Below, piece after piece: positions 27,160 to 41,177 of a DNA stretch of 64,000 nt. A model generated the notes under the pieces. That model was not told the DNA's origin. It was given only the letters and a program-made list of their open reading frames with translations, and searched no databases. Position 1 is the stretch's first letter. Each line of letters opens with the position of its first letter. Position numbers and translations under genes: made by a program. This stretch comes from Eledone cirrhosa (Eukaryota): NCBI GenBank assembly GCA_964016885.1, contig OZ024749.1:11036001-11100000 (forward strand), given 5' to 3'.

Positions 27160-28399
27160 ATGTGTGTGTGTGTCCATGTCTGTTTATATACCTAAAAAGA
27201 AATTAAAGAGATTGATAAAGTAAATGATTGACTAAATAGCTTCAAAACAGTGCCCCAGTATGGCCACATTCTAATACTGAAGCCAGTAAAATACTAAATC
27301 ACTTCTTAACAATATTCTATAATAGGATTATATATTAAATACACAATGAGTATCATGAAAAATAAGAGGCCTGCTTTCTAAGAGTTGTGCTAAGCTTATA
27401 TGTCAAATCAAATTTACAAAGTAATTTTGATTACCATTTTCTACCATTTTCACATAATGAGCATCTTTAATGTTTTTGAAAAGAACTATGAACCTCACAC
27501 AAGCTTATTTTTCACCTCCTTTGAGGTTTTCAAAGTTTTTGTTTAGTTATTGCGGGTTTTTTTTAATCTCTTATGAGATATATTGTTGTCTGTAGGGATA
27601 GATTCTTCAATTAGAAGACATTCTTTTCTTTGCGGTCTTTGACTATAATATATGATCAGTTGATCTCCCTGTCTGTGTATCCCTGAATTTTAATACATTG
27701 TCATTCTCTGACACCTTTTCTACTCTGTCTCTACCACCTATTTTCTGTTGGTATGTTGTGTTCGCATAACTTCTAGTGTATGTCCCAACACTATCATGTC
27801 TGTGAATCTATTCTTTTTTTATATCACTTCTGTTATCTATTACAAACTGACCATCATGCTTTGCTCCAGTCAATCTCCTAACTTTGCATGGAGGGTTGGA
27901 CATGCCATGGTTAATGATGTGCAAACACGTGTTGGGGCTGCAACATTTAATACAGCGTGTATTCCTAGACAGTGAACAGGTGTAGTTGTCATTTGTGAGG
28001 CATGTCTTCCTGTAGCTTGCCTTTTAACTGAGCTGCAATTCTGGATCAAGCAAAGACTAAGATTGGACATCTCTCAGCTGGAATGCTGTCAGGCACACAC
28101 AAAGTCTAAAGTATCTCTTGAGCCCAGAGGCTCATCAGGCCGCTGCTTATTCCAGTTTCCATGGCATTAAGTGACTGAGAGTACAAGACTTCCCCCTGGA
28201 CAGGATGCCAGTCCATTACAGGGTTAAACCCCCAGCTGAGTGTACTGGAGCAACATGAAAAAGTGTTTTGCTCAAGAACACAACACGCAACTCAGTCCAG
28301 CAATTGACATTATAATCGTAAGTCCAACACACTTACCACTTGGCTACGTGCCTCCACAATCTACTAATCAGGCAATGCAGTCAGTGGAAATTCCACATT

Positions 28400-29200
28400 A
28401 GTGTTCTATAGAGGACTAGTGGTGAGCAAGTGCAACAACATTCTCAGGGAAACTCTGGGTATTGACGAGAAAGAACTAGCTAGTGTGTACCAGAGGATGT
28501 TTGGGCCAGGTCCAATGGATAATTTTTAGATATCCCTGGCCTAACAGTGTTGCCAGAAGGCACTGCTGGTTCCAGCCAAACTCTACAGGAATGGAAGTGC
28601 TGACAGACGGACATTTCTGAGATGCACACAAAGCGATGAAACTGTTTTGCATGCACACATCTAGTGTCTGGGCTTTACTGACATGTGGAGTTTTGTCAAA
28701 CAGCTGTTGTCAGATGTGGGACAGGGCTATCGGCCAACTCTATCATGAAGATTACCTCACCTTCTTGGCTGGGGAGGGCAGGCAGTTTTCTTCTCTGGTG
28801 GCAATGGGGGTTGTGTTGTGGGCATGTCTGAAAGGACTGTAGACACTTTCCTCTTCAGCTAAACCCTCACTGACTATTTCAAATTCCATTTGGAAAGGAA
28901 GGTGAGGGTGGATAGGGAAGTACTGTTCCCTAGTCCAATGGTGGCTGAATGTAGCAAGGATGACCAGAGTGAGTGGACCTTCTCTGAGCATGCACCTCTA
29001 GGCTGAAGAGTGCAGAAAGAAGAGAGGGATATTTTCCTATGGTGCTCTTGGTGTTGAAGGTTACTTTGGTTCTGTGGAGTTCCAACATTACCCAGGGGTA
29101 ATGTTGGAACTCTTTTGGGAATTTCTTTTGAATGTTTCATTGTATATTGATACTTGTTATCGATTGTTGACATACTGTTCTGTGTCTCTTGTATTGTCCA
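28400..29200 (+). mobile_element. Degenerate L1/Tx1-like LINE C-terminal fragment
   Basis: Fragmentary ETVLHAHIQC, MWSFVKQLL and YFKFHLERKVRVD motifs; probable 3' tail (ggcccttgtggacaataaatgaaatc) at about 30050-30110. Confidence 0.5.
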
Positions 29201-29334
29201 CGTTTTTGGCCAAGGTTAAGTTTGCTTTCCATCTTTACGGGGTAGATAAAATAAAGTACCAGTAATGTACTGGGGTCGATTTAATCGACTTTCCCCTCCC
29301 CTCAAATTACTGGCCTTGTGCCTATACTAGAAAC

Positions 29335-29368
<34 letters not shown>

Positions 29369-30151
29369 GGGCGGTGGATTGGCAGTATCAGTAGCGTGTC
29401 AGACAATATACTTAGCAGCATAGAATTATGGCCCTTTACATTCAAATCCCGCCATGGTTAGCTTTACCTTTCATCCTTATGGAGTCGATAAAATAAAGCA
29501 CCAGTAATACATTGGGGTCAATTTAATCAACTTTCCCCTCCCCCAAATTTCTGGCCTTGTGCTAAATGTAAAAACAATTATTTTTATCATTATTTTGTTT
29601 TATTTTGTTTTATAAACATTTTGAATGGAAATTAGGTGAGAAATTAATATAAAACAATATTGTTAAAACTTCTCATGTATAATATATATATTTTAATTCT
29701 AAACCTCCTTAAGCCTTAAAATAAAGTACCAGTAATGCACTGGGGTGGATTTAATCAACTTTCCCCACCCCGAAATTGCTGTTGTTGTGCCTAAAGTAGA
29801 AATCATTATTATAGAGTCGGACACGATGCTTTAACGCATAGAGTTACGGCCCTTGCCATTCTGAGTTCAAATCCCGCCGAGGTTAACTTTGCCTTTCATC
29901 CTTACAGGGTCGATCAAATAAAGTACCAGTAATGCACTGGGTAATTGCTGGCCTTGTGCCAAAAGTAGAAACAATTATTATTTACATATTTTATTTTTAT
30001 ATTTTTTCCTTGTTATTGTGCATTTTTAATCAATCTTTGTGTAAACCCCTACTGCCCCTGTCTTTGTATTGTCCCCACCATGTTGGCCCTTGTGGACAAT
30101 AAATGAAATCATTATTACTATTATTAGCTTATGGCTTGTGTTCTATTCCAG

Positions 30152-30301
30152 CTGGCAAGTGATGGTATTAAGAAAGATTACAGCCAGTCGTACCTTGACC
30201 AGGCAAATTACACATTTGAAAAGAAAAATGGTACAGAGATAGTTCTGAAAATGAAAGACAAACTTGGAGAATACTTCCGTAAGAAAAAGAGAGCAGCCAA
30301 T
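30152..30301 (+). CDS. Coding exon (150 nt, phase 0-0) of an alpha2delta/CACHD1-like VWA-Cache domain gene
   Basis: Acceptor ttctattccag| and donor |gtaagt. Translates LASDGIKKDYSQSYLDQANYTFEKKNGTEIVLKMKDKLGEYFRKKKRAAN, resembling the N-terminal helices of CACNA2D/CACHD1, with N-glycosylation sequons NYT and NGT. Joins the 52613 exon in frame. Confidence 0.8.
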
Positions 30302-30310
30302 GTAAGTAAA

Positions 30311-30790
30311 GCTGTTGTTGCTGTTGTAGTTGTTGTTGTTGTAATAGTTGTTGCTGTTGTAGTTGTTGTCGTTGTTGTTGTTGCTGTTGTTGTTGTAGTA
30401 GCTGTTGTTGTTGTAGTAGTTGTTGCTGTTGTTGTAATAGCTGTTGTTAGTGTAATAGTTGTTGTTGCTGTAGTAGTTGTTGTTGTTGTAATAGTTGTTG
30501 CTGTTGTAGTAGTAGTTGTTGTTGTTGTAATAGTTGTTGTTGTAGTAGCTGTTGTTGTTGTAGTAGCTGTTGTAGTTGTTGTTGTAGTAGTAGTTGTTGT
30601 TGGTGTAATAGTTGTTGTTGTTGTAGTAGTTATTGTTGTAATAGCTGTTGTTGCTATAGTAGTTGTTGTTGTTGTAATAGCTGTTGTTGGTGTAATAGTT
30701 GTTGTTGTTGTAGTAGTTGTTGTTGTAATAGCTGTTGTTGTTGTTGTAATAGCTGTTGTAGTAGTAGTTGTTGCTGTAGTAGTTGTTCAT
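30311..30790. repeat. (GTT/GTA)n tract immediately after the exon donor
   Basis: Direct reading; creates the spurious poly-Val extension of ORF 30131-31135. Confidence 0.92.
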
Positions 30791-30834
30791 GTACTTGTTG
30801 TCAAGGTATATATATTAATATATATATATTGTTT

Positions 30835-31065
30835 GTATAAGGATGACAGCTGCATAAAAAGGTGCAGAGCACTAGAAGTCGATGGAAGCCGTGGAGTGGG
30901 GAGACCCAAGAAGACCTGGAATGAGGTGATAAAAGCGGACCTTGCCCAATTGCACCTCTCAACAGCGATGACACAGGACCGTGATCTCTGGCGTCACACA
31001 GTAATACAGAAGACCCAACGGGAACAAGCCGAAGCTGAAGCATATAGACAATATGCCACAACCCC
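30835..31065 (+). mobile_element. RTE LINE 3' end fragment in opposite orientation
   Basis: KDDSCIKRCRALEVDGSRGVGRPKKTW...; nearly identical to 42660-42895. Confidence 0.85.
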
Positions 31066-31069
31066 CCCC

Positions 31070-33900
31070 CGGTCTCACTACCATGTAACATTGCTGTTCG
31101 TATGCACGCATCATACAGTCTGCCTTTCGTTTTGAGGGAGAAGCCTTTTGCAGCTAGCAGTGGCAGTAGTTCCCTGAACTTCTTCCATCCCGTTCTTACC
31201 CTAGTTATTGTACTTTCTGAACACCCACCTCCGCTGCTAATTCGGTCACCTAGGTAGCAGAAGCTGTCTACTGTTTCTACAGAGCCCTCCCAGAGATTGG
31301 TGGTACTCGTTTCCTGTGGCTGTTTGCTGCTTGCTGTCCCAGTGCATGTGAAGCCTACATTCTTAATTAAGCTTCCTGAGATCCCGCTACATCTCTTGTG
31401 TACCCATTGTTTGCATTTGGGGCAGAGAATGGAGTTCCTACCTACACCTTTCCTACATACTGAGCAAGGCCATTTCCCTGAGGGGATCTGGGTTCTGTTT
31501 TCTCGTCTACTTACAAGGACCTTAGTCTTTGTCATGTTGACTTTGAGACCCTTTCTTTCTAGTCCCTGCTTCCAAGTTTGGAATTTCTTCTCTAGTTCTA
31601 CCATAGATTCAGCTATAAGTGCTAGGTCATCAGCATACAGGAGTTCCCATGGGCATCCGGTCTTAAACTCCTCCGTTATTGCCTGCAGGACTATGATGAA
31701 CAGCAGAGGGCTAAGAACAGAGCCCTGGTGGACACCAACCTGTACGCTAAATTCCTCGCTATACTCATTGCTAATCCCAACTTTTCTGACTGCTCCCCTA
31801 TATATGGCTTGTACAACTTTCATAAGCCATTCATCTACTCCTAGTTTTCTAAGAGCCCACCATATTACAGCATGTGGAACTCTGTCAAAGGCTTTCTCGA
31901 GATCGATGAATGCCAGGTAGAGTGGCTTACTTTTAGCTAGGTACTTTTCCTGTAACTGCCTCACAAGGAAGAGGGCATCAGTGGTGCCTCTTCCTGGTAC
32001 AAACCCAAATTGCATCTCATCTAGATTCACCCGGTCCCTAATCAACTGTGCTATAACTCTTTCTGTTACTTTCATGACCTGGTCCATCAGCTTTATACCT
32101 CTATAGTTTCCCCTTGGAGTAGGGTCTCTTCTTCCCATGCATTCTCCTCATTTAGTAATCTATCATAATGAATCTTCCATGCATCTTTCTTCTCAGCACT
32201 TGTGAGGGCAAGCTCACCTTTATCATTCCGGATACACTTCTCTCCAATAACATCACAATTCTCTCTGACACACTGTCTCGCAATCTTGAACACCTCCTGT
32301 TTCTGGTCCTCTCGTTGCAAAACATGCTTGAATTTTCTATCCTCTGCTTCCCTCCTAGCTAAGTATACTTGTTTCCTAGCATTCCTCTTGGTCGCTATGT
32401 AATGTACCCTGCTCCCCCCGTTCTTCCATTCTTTCCATGCCTGTCTCTTGGCCTTAACTGCCTCATGTACCTTATTGTTCCACCACCAAGTCATTCTCCT
32501 CCTGCTTGTGGTCATACTCCAGCCACAGACCTCATCCGTCACCTCTAGTAAGTTAATTTTTAAGAACTCCCAGTGCTCTTCTACATTGAATGTCTCTATC
32601 TGTTCTTCTCTACTGTCGTAGGCGTTGAGTAAAATATCTTTAAATCTGTTACTGGCTGAGGGGTCTTTCAGCTTCCAGATCTTTCTTCTCCAGGTTGGCC
32701 TCTGTTTCCAAGTTCGTCTAGTTCTGACCGTGAGATCACTCACAACTAAGCTATGTTGGGAGGTACATTCCTCACTAGGGAAGGCTTTTGTGTTTACGAC
32801 CATCCATCTGTCACGTCCTCTGATGAGGATAAAATCTATCTGACTAGAATGCTCCCCTGATCTATAGGTGATCAGGTGGTTGTCGGGTTTTTTGAAGTTT
32901 GTGTTACATATCGACATGTCATTGGCGTCGCAGAATTCTAGAAGTCTGAATCCTTCTTCATTTCTTGTGCCAACCCCATGGCCTCCATGGACTCTATTGA
33001 AGCCGTCACAGTGTTTACCTACGTGACCGTTAAAATCTCTTGCAATGATTAGGAAGTCATTGTCGTTTGTTAGAGCAGTAGTGTGCATTAGGGACTCGTA
33101 AAATCTATCCTTAAGTTCGTCTGGCAACCCCGATTGGGGTGCGTAAGCTGATATTATGGTGGTAATTGTTTTATTCAGGACTAGTCTGAGTTTAATGATT
33201 CTTGCATTTACCCTGTACACTGAGATTACTTTATCTACCCACTTGTCAGCTAGTAGTATACCTACACCACCCATCCCATCGTCATTTCCCACCCAGAAAA
33301 ATTTGTAGCACTGCCCTTTTCCTACAAGGACTCTAGCAGACTCTCCTCTCCATCTAGTCTCTTGCACACAGCATACGTTAATTTCCTTTCGCTCTAGCAT
33401 TTCTACAATTTCTCCTGCTCTTCCTTTCATCGTGCTTAAATTGATGGTACCAACTCGGAGTTTTGGGCATTTGTCGACACTCGTAGGGAAGGGTCGATTT
33501 TTGCAGGGGTGTGTGTGTGCTTCCTCTCTCTGGATTGGGGCTTCACATGGGTGCTTGGTAGCTCGCGGATTCATATTCATTTCATCTATTAATTCAGAGT
33601 TGCTCCAATTTATTCTCAGCTCATCCATACATAACGGTAGGAAAATTCAGGGCTAGAAGAACAGTGGTGGTGGTAATAATGACAGGGTATGTTGGGCTGG
33701 GATGGGGGAGGAGAGAGTTAGGTAGTAGTAGTAGTAGTAGAAGAAATGGCATGCTGAGGTTTGATTGGTCGAATAGGTTATGGTGGTGTGGGGGGGGGGG
33801 GGGAGAAATTGTGAGGTAGGCAGTGAGGGTCGCCGTCAAGGCTAACAAACTAACCGATAGAATACAGCATGGCAAAGTAGCCGATAGAATACAGCAACAA
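31070..33900 (-). mobile_element. RTE-clade LINE (APE + RT) with internal deletion and truncated 3' end
   Basis: ORFs 32093-33628 (QETRW, SAYAPQ, DFNGHVG, QIDF) and 30801-32138 (DLEKAFD, GVHQGSVLSP, YADD, Cys-rich motif). Confidence 0.93.
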
Positions 33901-34003
33901 TAATAGCCAGTCATGGCCTGTAGCCTTTGATGGAAGAATAGACAGATTGAGAGTCAGCATGGTAGGGGAAAATGAGGATAACAAAATAAATAAATGTATA
34001 TAC

Positions 34004-34034
<31 letters not shown>

Positions 34035-34799
34035 ACGAAGGAAGTGTGGTAAGGAATCAGGTGGATCATAACGAACCAGAGTACTCGATACTTAGGGTAG
34101 AAGGGTGGGTAATAGGAAAAGAGTCAGAACCCCTGTGGTCCTGACTCTTTTCCTATATATATATATCAGTCCTATACGAGCAAGACAACCAATCTTGCCT
34201 CAAGTGGGAAAACTCCCGTCCAAACCCATGACAGCGTGGAAGATGGACGTTAAATGATGATGATGATGATGATGATATATAAACGAAGGAAGTGTGATAA
34301 GGAATCAGGTGGATCATACATAACTCATCATTTCATATAAGTAGGCCGAATTTACTTGCAAACCGCCAGAAATTCGATTTTACTATTTTCCAATTATATA
34401 TATATTTATATTTATGGCTTAGTGGTTAGAGCATTGGCCTTGCAATTGAAAGGTTGTGAGTTCAATTCTCAGACCAGGTGATGTGTTGTTTCCTTGAGCA
34501 AGACACTTTATTTCACATTGCTCCAGTTTACTCAGCTGTAGAAATGAGATGATAGGGACTGGGGTCCCTATCATTCCACTGCAAAGTGGTCATGGAGGTG
34601 CCACGGCAAAAAAGCACCCAGCACTCACTGTAAATGAGGTTGGTGTTAGGAAGGGCATCCAGCTGTAATCAATCCAGAATCAGTTCCCGTCCTACCCTTG
34701 CAAGTAGGGAAAAAGCGGACGTAAAATGAAATGATGATGATGAAATGAAATATATATATATATATGCGTATGTATTACATATTGTATGTATATATAAAT

Positions 34800-34831
<32 letters not shown>

Positions 34832-34955
34832 GCGTATGTATTACATATTGTATGTATATATAAATATATATAAATGTAGAGCGATGGTAGTTATATATAA
34901 TATAGAATGAGAAATTGTGAAGTAGTTTCAGATGTTAAAGTCTTTTATTGATAAT

Positions 34956-35030
34956 GCTGTGATACATATTTCAATGACAACAGTGACCACACGATTCCGA
35001 GTACCCAGTGCCGTGACATCATCAGACAGC
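34956..35030 (-). ncRNA. Minimal type I hammerhead ribozyme motif
   Basis: Minus strand: GCUGU-CUGAUGA-UGUCACGGCA...UGUUGUCAUU-GAAA-UAUGUAUC-ACAGC. Perfect helix I, AUC triplet. Same family as the 58.3 kb copy. Confidence 0.7.
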
Positions 35031-36289
35031 TTCTTATATAAGAAGGTTACGTTCCCAAGGCAATCCAAACAGAAACGACAAGGGAACGGACAAGGCGCGT
35101 GTCTTGAATGGCTTGCCCGTTACCCTGTGGTCACCAATTCACCTCCGTGATTCTGCGCAGGCGCAAACGAAAGCTGGCTATTCACTACACCAAACTCACC
35201 AAAAACTAGCCTAGGCAGGTTCCCCCCCTCCCCTCCAACCAAACGATCACCCCATCCAGGCTGGTAATATGACACAGTTAATTTGCCTTGCCAGTGGCAG
35301 CTGACCGAAATCTAGTGGTGGTGGCAAAGTATGAGTTTCAATAGGCCTCAATACTACCCCTAATCTATGCCTGGACAATGGGGTTGACCATCCCCACCAG
35401 GAGAATATAAACTTATTTCTAGATATTATGGTTTCACAGTGGAAATTAAGATTGAAAATTAGAAATTAAACATTAAAAACTTGATTGAAGTGAATAAAAA
35501 AAATAATATATATATATAAAGATGACGATGACGATGATGAAAGAGTAAATAGGGAGATGTTTAAATTAAAGTAAGAAGTTTAGAAAAGGGGGTCAATATT
35601 GGATACTTGATATATATTATCAATATATTGAACGATAGTACCGTATAGTAGAACAGAAGATAAATTAAGGTATGAAACGTAGTAATTAGGTAAACAATTA
35701 GTTAATATCTTCTTCTACCACATGAATCAAAAGAAAACCAAAAGAAAAGGTACATAGATGCAAGCAAAATGAGAGAGGGAACATGTAGGAGAAAAAATAT
35801 ATATGAGAAAGATAAACATGTGTATCAGTATGGAGATGAAGGTAGAAGTGGTGAAAATGTTTGTCAATTTGACCATATAAAGTATATATAAAAATTTGTT
35901 GTCGGATGGAGTGAGGGGGCCTCCAAGTTGCTGCAGGAAAATAAGGGGTTTTACATTGCTTTCAGGTCCATTCATTTCATATGTATATATTAGAAAGTGA
36001 GGGTTTTTTTACAAAATGAAAAAAAAATGAGGTGTCCTACACGAATAAAAGAATAAGGAAAAAAGATGAAATCGAAAATGCAACTGAAGTCTTTTTTTTT
36101 TTTAAATATATATTTATTTGGTTCCTTTACCGGTTTCGCAGTTCTTCTGCTTTTCAAAAGTAGAATTGAGATGGAGGGTCTGTGGTTTTTCTCGTATATG
36201 TATATATATATATATGTATTATATATTGTATGTATGTTGTCTTGTACAAGGGAAAGGGTAACAAGAATGATTGTGGAAACTACATTGCT

Positions 36290-37640
36290 TTCTGCCGTAG
36301 GAAAAAATTTATGTTGGGTGCTTCTGGACCGTGAGGGTCTGCTGACACACATTGCAGATTGTGTTCTTCCTGAAAGTCAATCTGGTTTTCGTGCTGGGCG
36401 CAGCACTACTGATATGATCTACTCAGCTAGACAGCTCCAGGAGAAGTGCGTGGAACGGGGTTTGGATCTGTATCAGGTTTTCATCGATCTGACAAAAACT
36501 TTCGATACTGTTAACAGAGATGCATTATGGAAGGTTCTCCAGAAACTTGGTTGCCCTGATAGGTTCCTTGCTTTGGTTAGGTCTTTCCATGATGACATGA
36601 AGGCTTGGGTTAGTGTCAAAGGTAACATGTCGGAGCCTATCTCAGTAAAAAATGGAGTGAAACAGGGGAATATTCCAGCACCAACCCTATTTCCCATATA
36701 CTTTGCGATGGTTTTCTATATTGCATTCAGGAAATGCAAACATGGTGTTTACATCTACTATAGAACGTCTGGCATCATATTTAACATCAGGCGCTTTGCT
36801 GCAAAAACAAAAGTATTTACCTGTATCATAAGAGATCTCTTGTATGCAGATGATTGCGATCTTGTAGCACACACAAAGATTGATATGCAACATATTTTGA
36901 ATGCATTTTCTGATGCTTGCACTGCCCTAGGATTGACTGTCAGTCTCAAGAAAACCGTCGTCATGTACTAACCTGCCCCTGGTAAGCGGTACAATGCACC
37001 AAATATCTAAGTGTATAGTAAACGACTTGGAGTGGTTGATCAGTTTGTCTACCTGGAAAGCACTGTCAATCGATACAGCAACCTTGATGATGAAATCCCA
37101 CTCAGGATTAGGAAAACAAGTGATGCTTTCGGAAAGCTAGAAAGGCGAGACATATGCAAGAAGGTAAAGGTGTACAAGGCATGTGTGCTCTCTTCTCTTC
37201 TTTATGCCTGTGAGACGTGGGTCACATATCGATACCACCTTAAACAATTGGAGCGTTTCCATCAGATGTGTCTCAGACAGATCCATGGCATTCACTGGAG
37301 GGACCACATCAGCGATGTCGAGATTTTGGAAAGCTCTCTGTGTGAAAGTATAGAAGCTCTTGTGCTTAAGCAAAGACTCCAAGGGAGCAGTCACCTTGCC
37401 AGGATGAAGGATTCTAGAATACTAAAACAACTCATTTATGGAGAGTTAGTTAAAGGTAGACAACCTCCACATAGACCAACAAAGAGGTATAAGGATTCGT
37501 TGAAAGACGCTAACATATCTGCTGATACATGGGAAAGCATAACTGCTGATCGTAATAAATGGAGAAAGACTGTACATGAGGGGAAGTTGCTTTTGAAGCA
37601 TCTCAAATTGTATACAAGAAAGTAAAAAGAGATGTCAGGA
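36290..37640 (+). mobile_element. 5'-truncated RTE LINE of BovB-like type (distinct subfamily)
   Basis: LPESQSGFRAGRSTTDMIYSARQLQEKC, FIDLTKTFDTV, GVKQG, YRTSGIIFNIRR, LLYADD, KVYKACVLSSLLYACETW. Confidence 0.88.
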
Positions 37641-37984
37641 AAGGTTACATTTCCAGACAGCAAAGGTCCTCCTATGTATGTATTATATATTGTATGTATG
37701 TAGTATGTATGTACTATATTTATCATCATCATCATCACCGTTTTATGTCCGTTCTTCCACGCTAGCATGGGTTAGACGGGTTGTCCTGTTGTGGGCAGTG
37801 TCTGGTCGGCTGACCATGCCTTGCTCATACAGGAACTGATCTGGCTTGATTTCTACAGCTGGATGCCCTTCCTAACACCAACCTCATTTACAGTGAGTGC
37901 TGGGTGCTCTTTCGTGGTGCCTACATGTCCACTTTACAGTGTGGGCTGGGGGCTTTTTTGCCGTGGCACCTCCACGGCATATAT

Positions 37985-38895
37985 ATGCGCGTATGTATTA
38001 TATATTGTATGTATGTACTATATATATATATGCGTATATATTATATATTGTATGTATGTACTATATATATATATGCGTATGTATTATATATTGTATGTCT
38101 GTACTATATATATATATGCGTATGTATTATATATTGTATGTATGTACTATATATATATATGCGTATGTATTATATATTGTATGTATGTACTATATATATA
38201 TATATGCGTATGTATTATATATTGTATGTCTGTACTATATATATATATATGCGTATGTATTATATATTGTATGTATGTACTATATATATATATGCGTATG
38301 TATTATATATTGTATGTATGTACTATATATATATATATGCGTATGTATTATATATTGTATGTATGTAGTATGTATGTACTATATATATATATAGGCATAT
38401 GTATTATATATTGTATGTATGTAGTATGTATGTACTATATATATATATATGCGTATGTATTATATATTGTATGTATGTAGTATGTATGTACTATATATAT
38501 ATATATGCCCGTATGTATTATATATTGTATGTATGTACTATATATATATATGCGTATGTATTATATATTGTATGTATGTACTATATATATATATATGCGT
38601 ATGTATTATATATTGTATGTATGTAGTATGTATGTACTATATATATATATATGCGTATGTATTATATATTGTATGTATGTAGTATGTATGTACTATATAT
38701 ATATATATGCGTATGTATTATATATTGTATGTCTGTACTATATATATATATGCGTATGTATTATATATTGTATGTATGTACTATATATATATATGCGCGT
38801 ATGTATTATATATTGTATGTATGTACTATATATATATATGTGTATGTATGTACTATATATATATATATATATATGTATTATATATTGTATGTATG
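37985..38895. repeat. Compound minisatellite with variable (TA)n, about 40-55 bp unit
   Basis: gcgtatgtattatatattgtatgtatgtac(ta)n repeated; the same motif flanks the 36.3-37.6 kb LINE on both sides. Confidence 0.9.
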
Positions 38896-39669
38896 TGAAA
38901 AGGAGGCTTTTGATACTTTGCCTCCTTTTTACTATGCAGCTCTGAAATACTCTCCAAATGCACCAATATATCTATTTGACATGATATCTATCAAATATAT
39001 TATATAAGCATCTTTTAATGTGAGATAATATCCCTTTAATGTGTATCTCTTGTTAATACAGTAGATCTGTATAATTTAATGCCGGTGTCCAGCCAATTTC
39101 TCTACTTTCATGTAATTTTCAATGCAACACTGTTCAAAGAGGTCATATTTAATTGATTGAACACCTTACACTCTGCTGAAGCAAACAACTAGACACTCTG
39201 TGAAGTTTCATTCTTAGTGCCAATAAATTAGAATTTATTGAAATACTCTATCTTCATTTCTGGAAGCTGCGTAACTACCATTGCTATCTCTGCCATTATA
39301 CACCATCCATTTAATACATCATCTATTTATTTATCAAACTATCTCCTCCATCAGCCAGGAACTATGTATCTGACCTATTATTATCACATCACTGAACACT
39401 GTACAATAAGCCAATATTTACTATATACATTTTACTTTTCTTCCCAATAATTCATGTTATTGTTCTTAAACATATCCTCTATTCTCTACTCTCATACATT
39501 TTCCTATTCCTTTTATTATATTTTTTTAACTTTTTAGCATTTAAACTGGCCATATCCGGCCAGAATTCTCTCGCCTCTTTCTGTTTAAACTGGCCATAAC
39601 CAACTGCTCATACTGATGTTAATGTATTGTTCTCAAAATAAATAATATCAAAATCTCGCAGATTCGATA

Positions 39670-39980
39670 TTATGCAAGATATTATGTGAAATAAAGTGTT
39701 TACCGTGAAAATACAATAGTAAATATAGAGTAATGTAAATGATATGTGAAATAAAGTGTTTACTGTGAAAATACAATAGTAAATATAGAGTAATATAAAT
39801 GATATGTGAGATAAAGTGTTTACTGTGAAAATACAATAGTAAATATAGAGTAATGTAAATGATATGTGAGATAAAGTGTTTACCGTGAAAATACAATAGT
39901 AAATATAGAGTAATGTAAATGTTATGTGAAATAAAGTCTTTACCGTGAAAATACAAAGGTAAATATAGAGTAATGTAAAT
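39670..39980. repeat. 60-bp tandem repeat (about 5 copies) inside a family 1 MITE
   Basis: Successive 60-nt blocks are nearly identical. Confidence 0.93.
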
Positions 39981-40493
39981 GCTAAAGGGTTAACGTTTTT
40001 TTTTTTACATTTCTTTCATATTTTCTTTTACTTTATCATCTTTTGTTCCTTTGTTAGAAGAAATACATTTTATTCAATAATTGTGTCATCTGGTTGTTCT
40101 TCTCCAACAAATGAATTTATTTCCATATTAAAACTGATAAATCATAATTTTTGACAATTATTTGTAATCTTACGCCAAGTTATCATTATCCATTACCTTT
40201 TTTTTAATCTTTCCAATTGAAGAAATATCAAGAAACTTATTCACCTACTTAGTACAACAGGAACATTTGCATCAATTCACTACATTTTTTAACATTTAAA
40301 TCTTAAGGGCAACATGACCTAAAATAAGAGCCCCATATGTTTTAAAATTTAAATCTTAAGGACAACATAACCTGCAATTAAAAGACTCACATGTTTTTAT
40401 ATTTAAATCAGTCATGGGCAAATTGTGGTCTGTTTGGCTTTCTGATAGGCCTTATTTCAAAATTGCCTTGAATATTTTTATTAGTGCAGTAGT

Positions 40494-41177
40494 GCACCTT
40501 ATAATGGGCCATATCCTATGTGGCCCACCTTATAATGGGCCATATCCTATGTGGCCCACCTTATAATGGGCCATATCCTATCTGGCCCACCTTATAATGG
40601 GCCATATCCTATGTGGCCCACCTTATAATGGGCCATATCCTATCTGGCCCACCTTATAATGGGCCATATCCTATGTGGCCCACCTTATAATGGGCCATAT
40701 CCTATGTGGCCCACCTTATAATGGGCCATATCCTATGTGACCCACCTTATAATAAGCCATATCTCATGTGGCCCACCTTATAATAAGCCATATCTCATGT
40801 GGCCCACCTTATAATAAGCCATATCTCATGTGGCCCACCTTATAATAAGCCATATCTCATGTGGCCCACCTTATAATAAGCCACACCCTATGTGGCCCAC
40901 CTTATAATAAGCCATATCTCATGTGGCCCACCTTATAATAAGCCATATCTCATGTGGCTCACCTTATAATAAGCCATATCTCATGTGGTCCACCTTATAA
41001 GCCACACCCTATGTAGCCCACCTTATAAGCCATATCCTATGTGGTCTACCTTATGATGAACCATATCTCATGTGGTCCACCTTATAAGCCATATCTCATG
41101 TGGTCCACCTTATAAGCCATATCCTATATGGCCCACCTTATGATGGGCCATATCTCATGTGGTCCACCTTATGATGG
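40494..41177. repeat. 31-bp minisatellite with internal hairpin, about 22 copies
   Basis: Unit gggccatatcctatgtggcccaccttataat (gggcca/tggccc stem). Confidence 0.95.

Noticed and set aside
30302-31135. 334-aa ORF 30131-31135 as one protein
   Set aside because: It is a chimera of a real exon, an intronic (GTT)n tract and a LINE fragment; there is a donor site at 30302.
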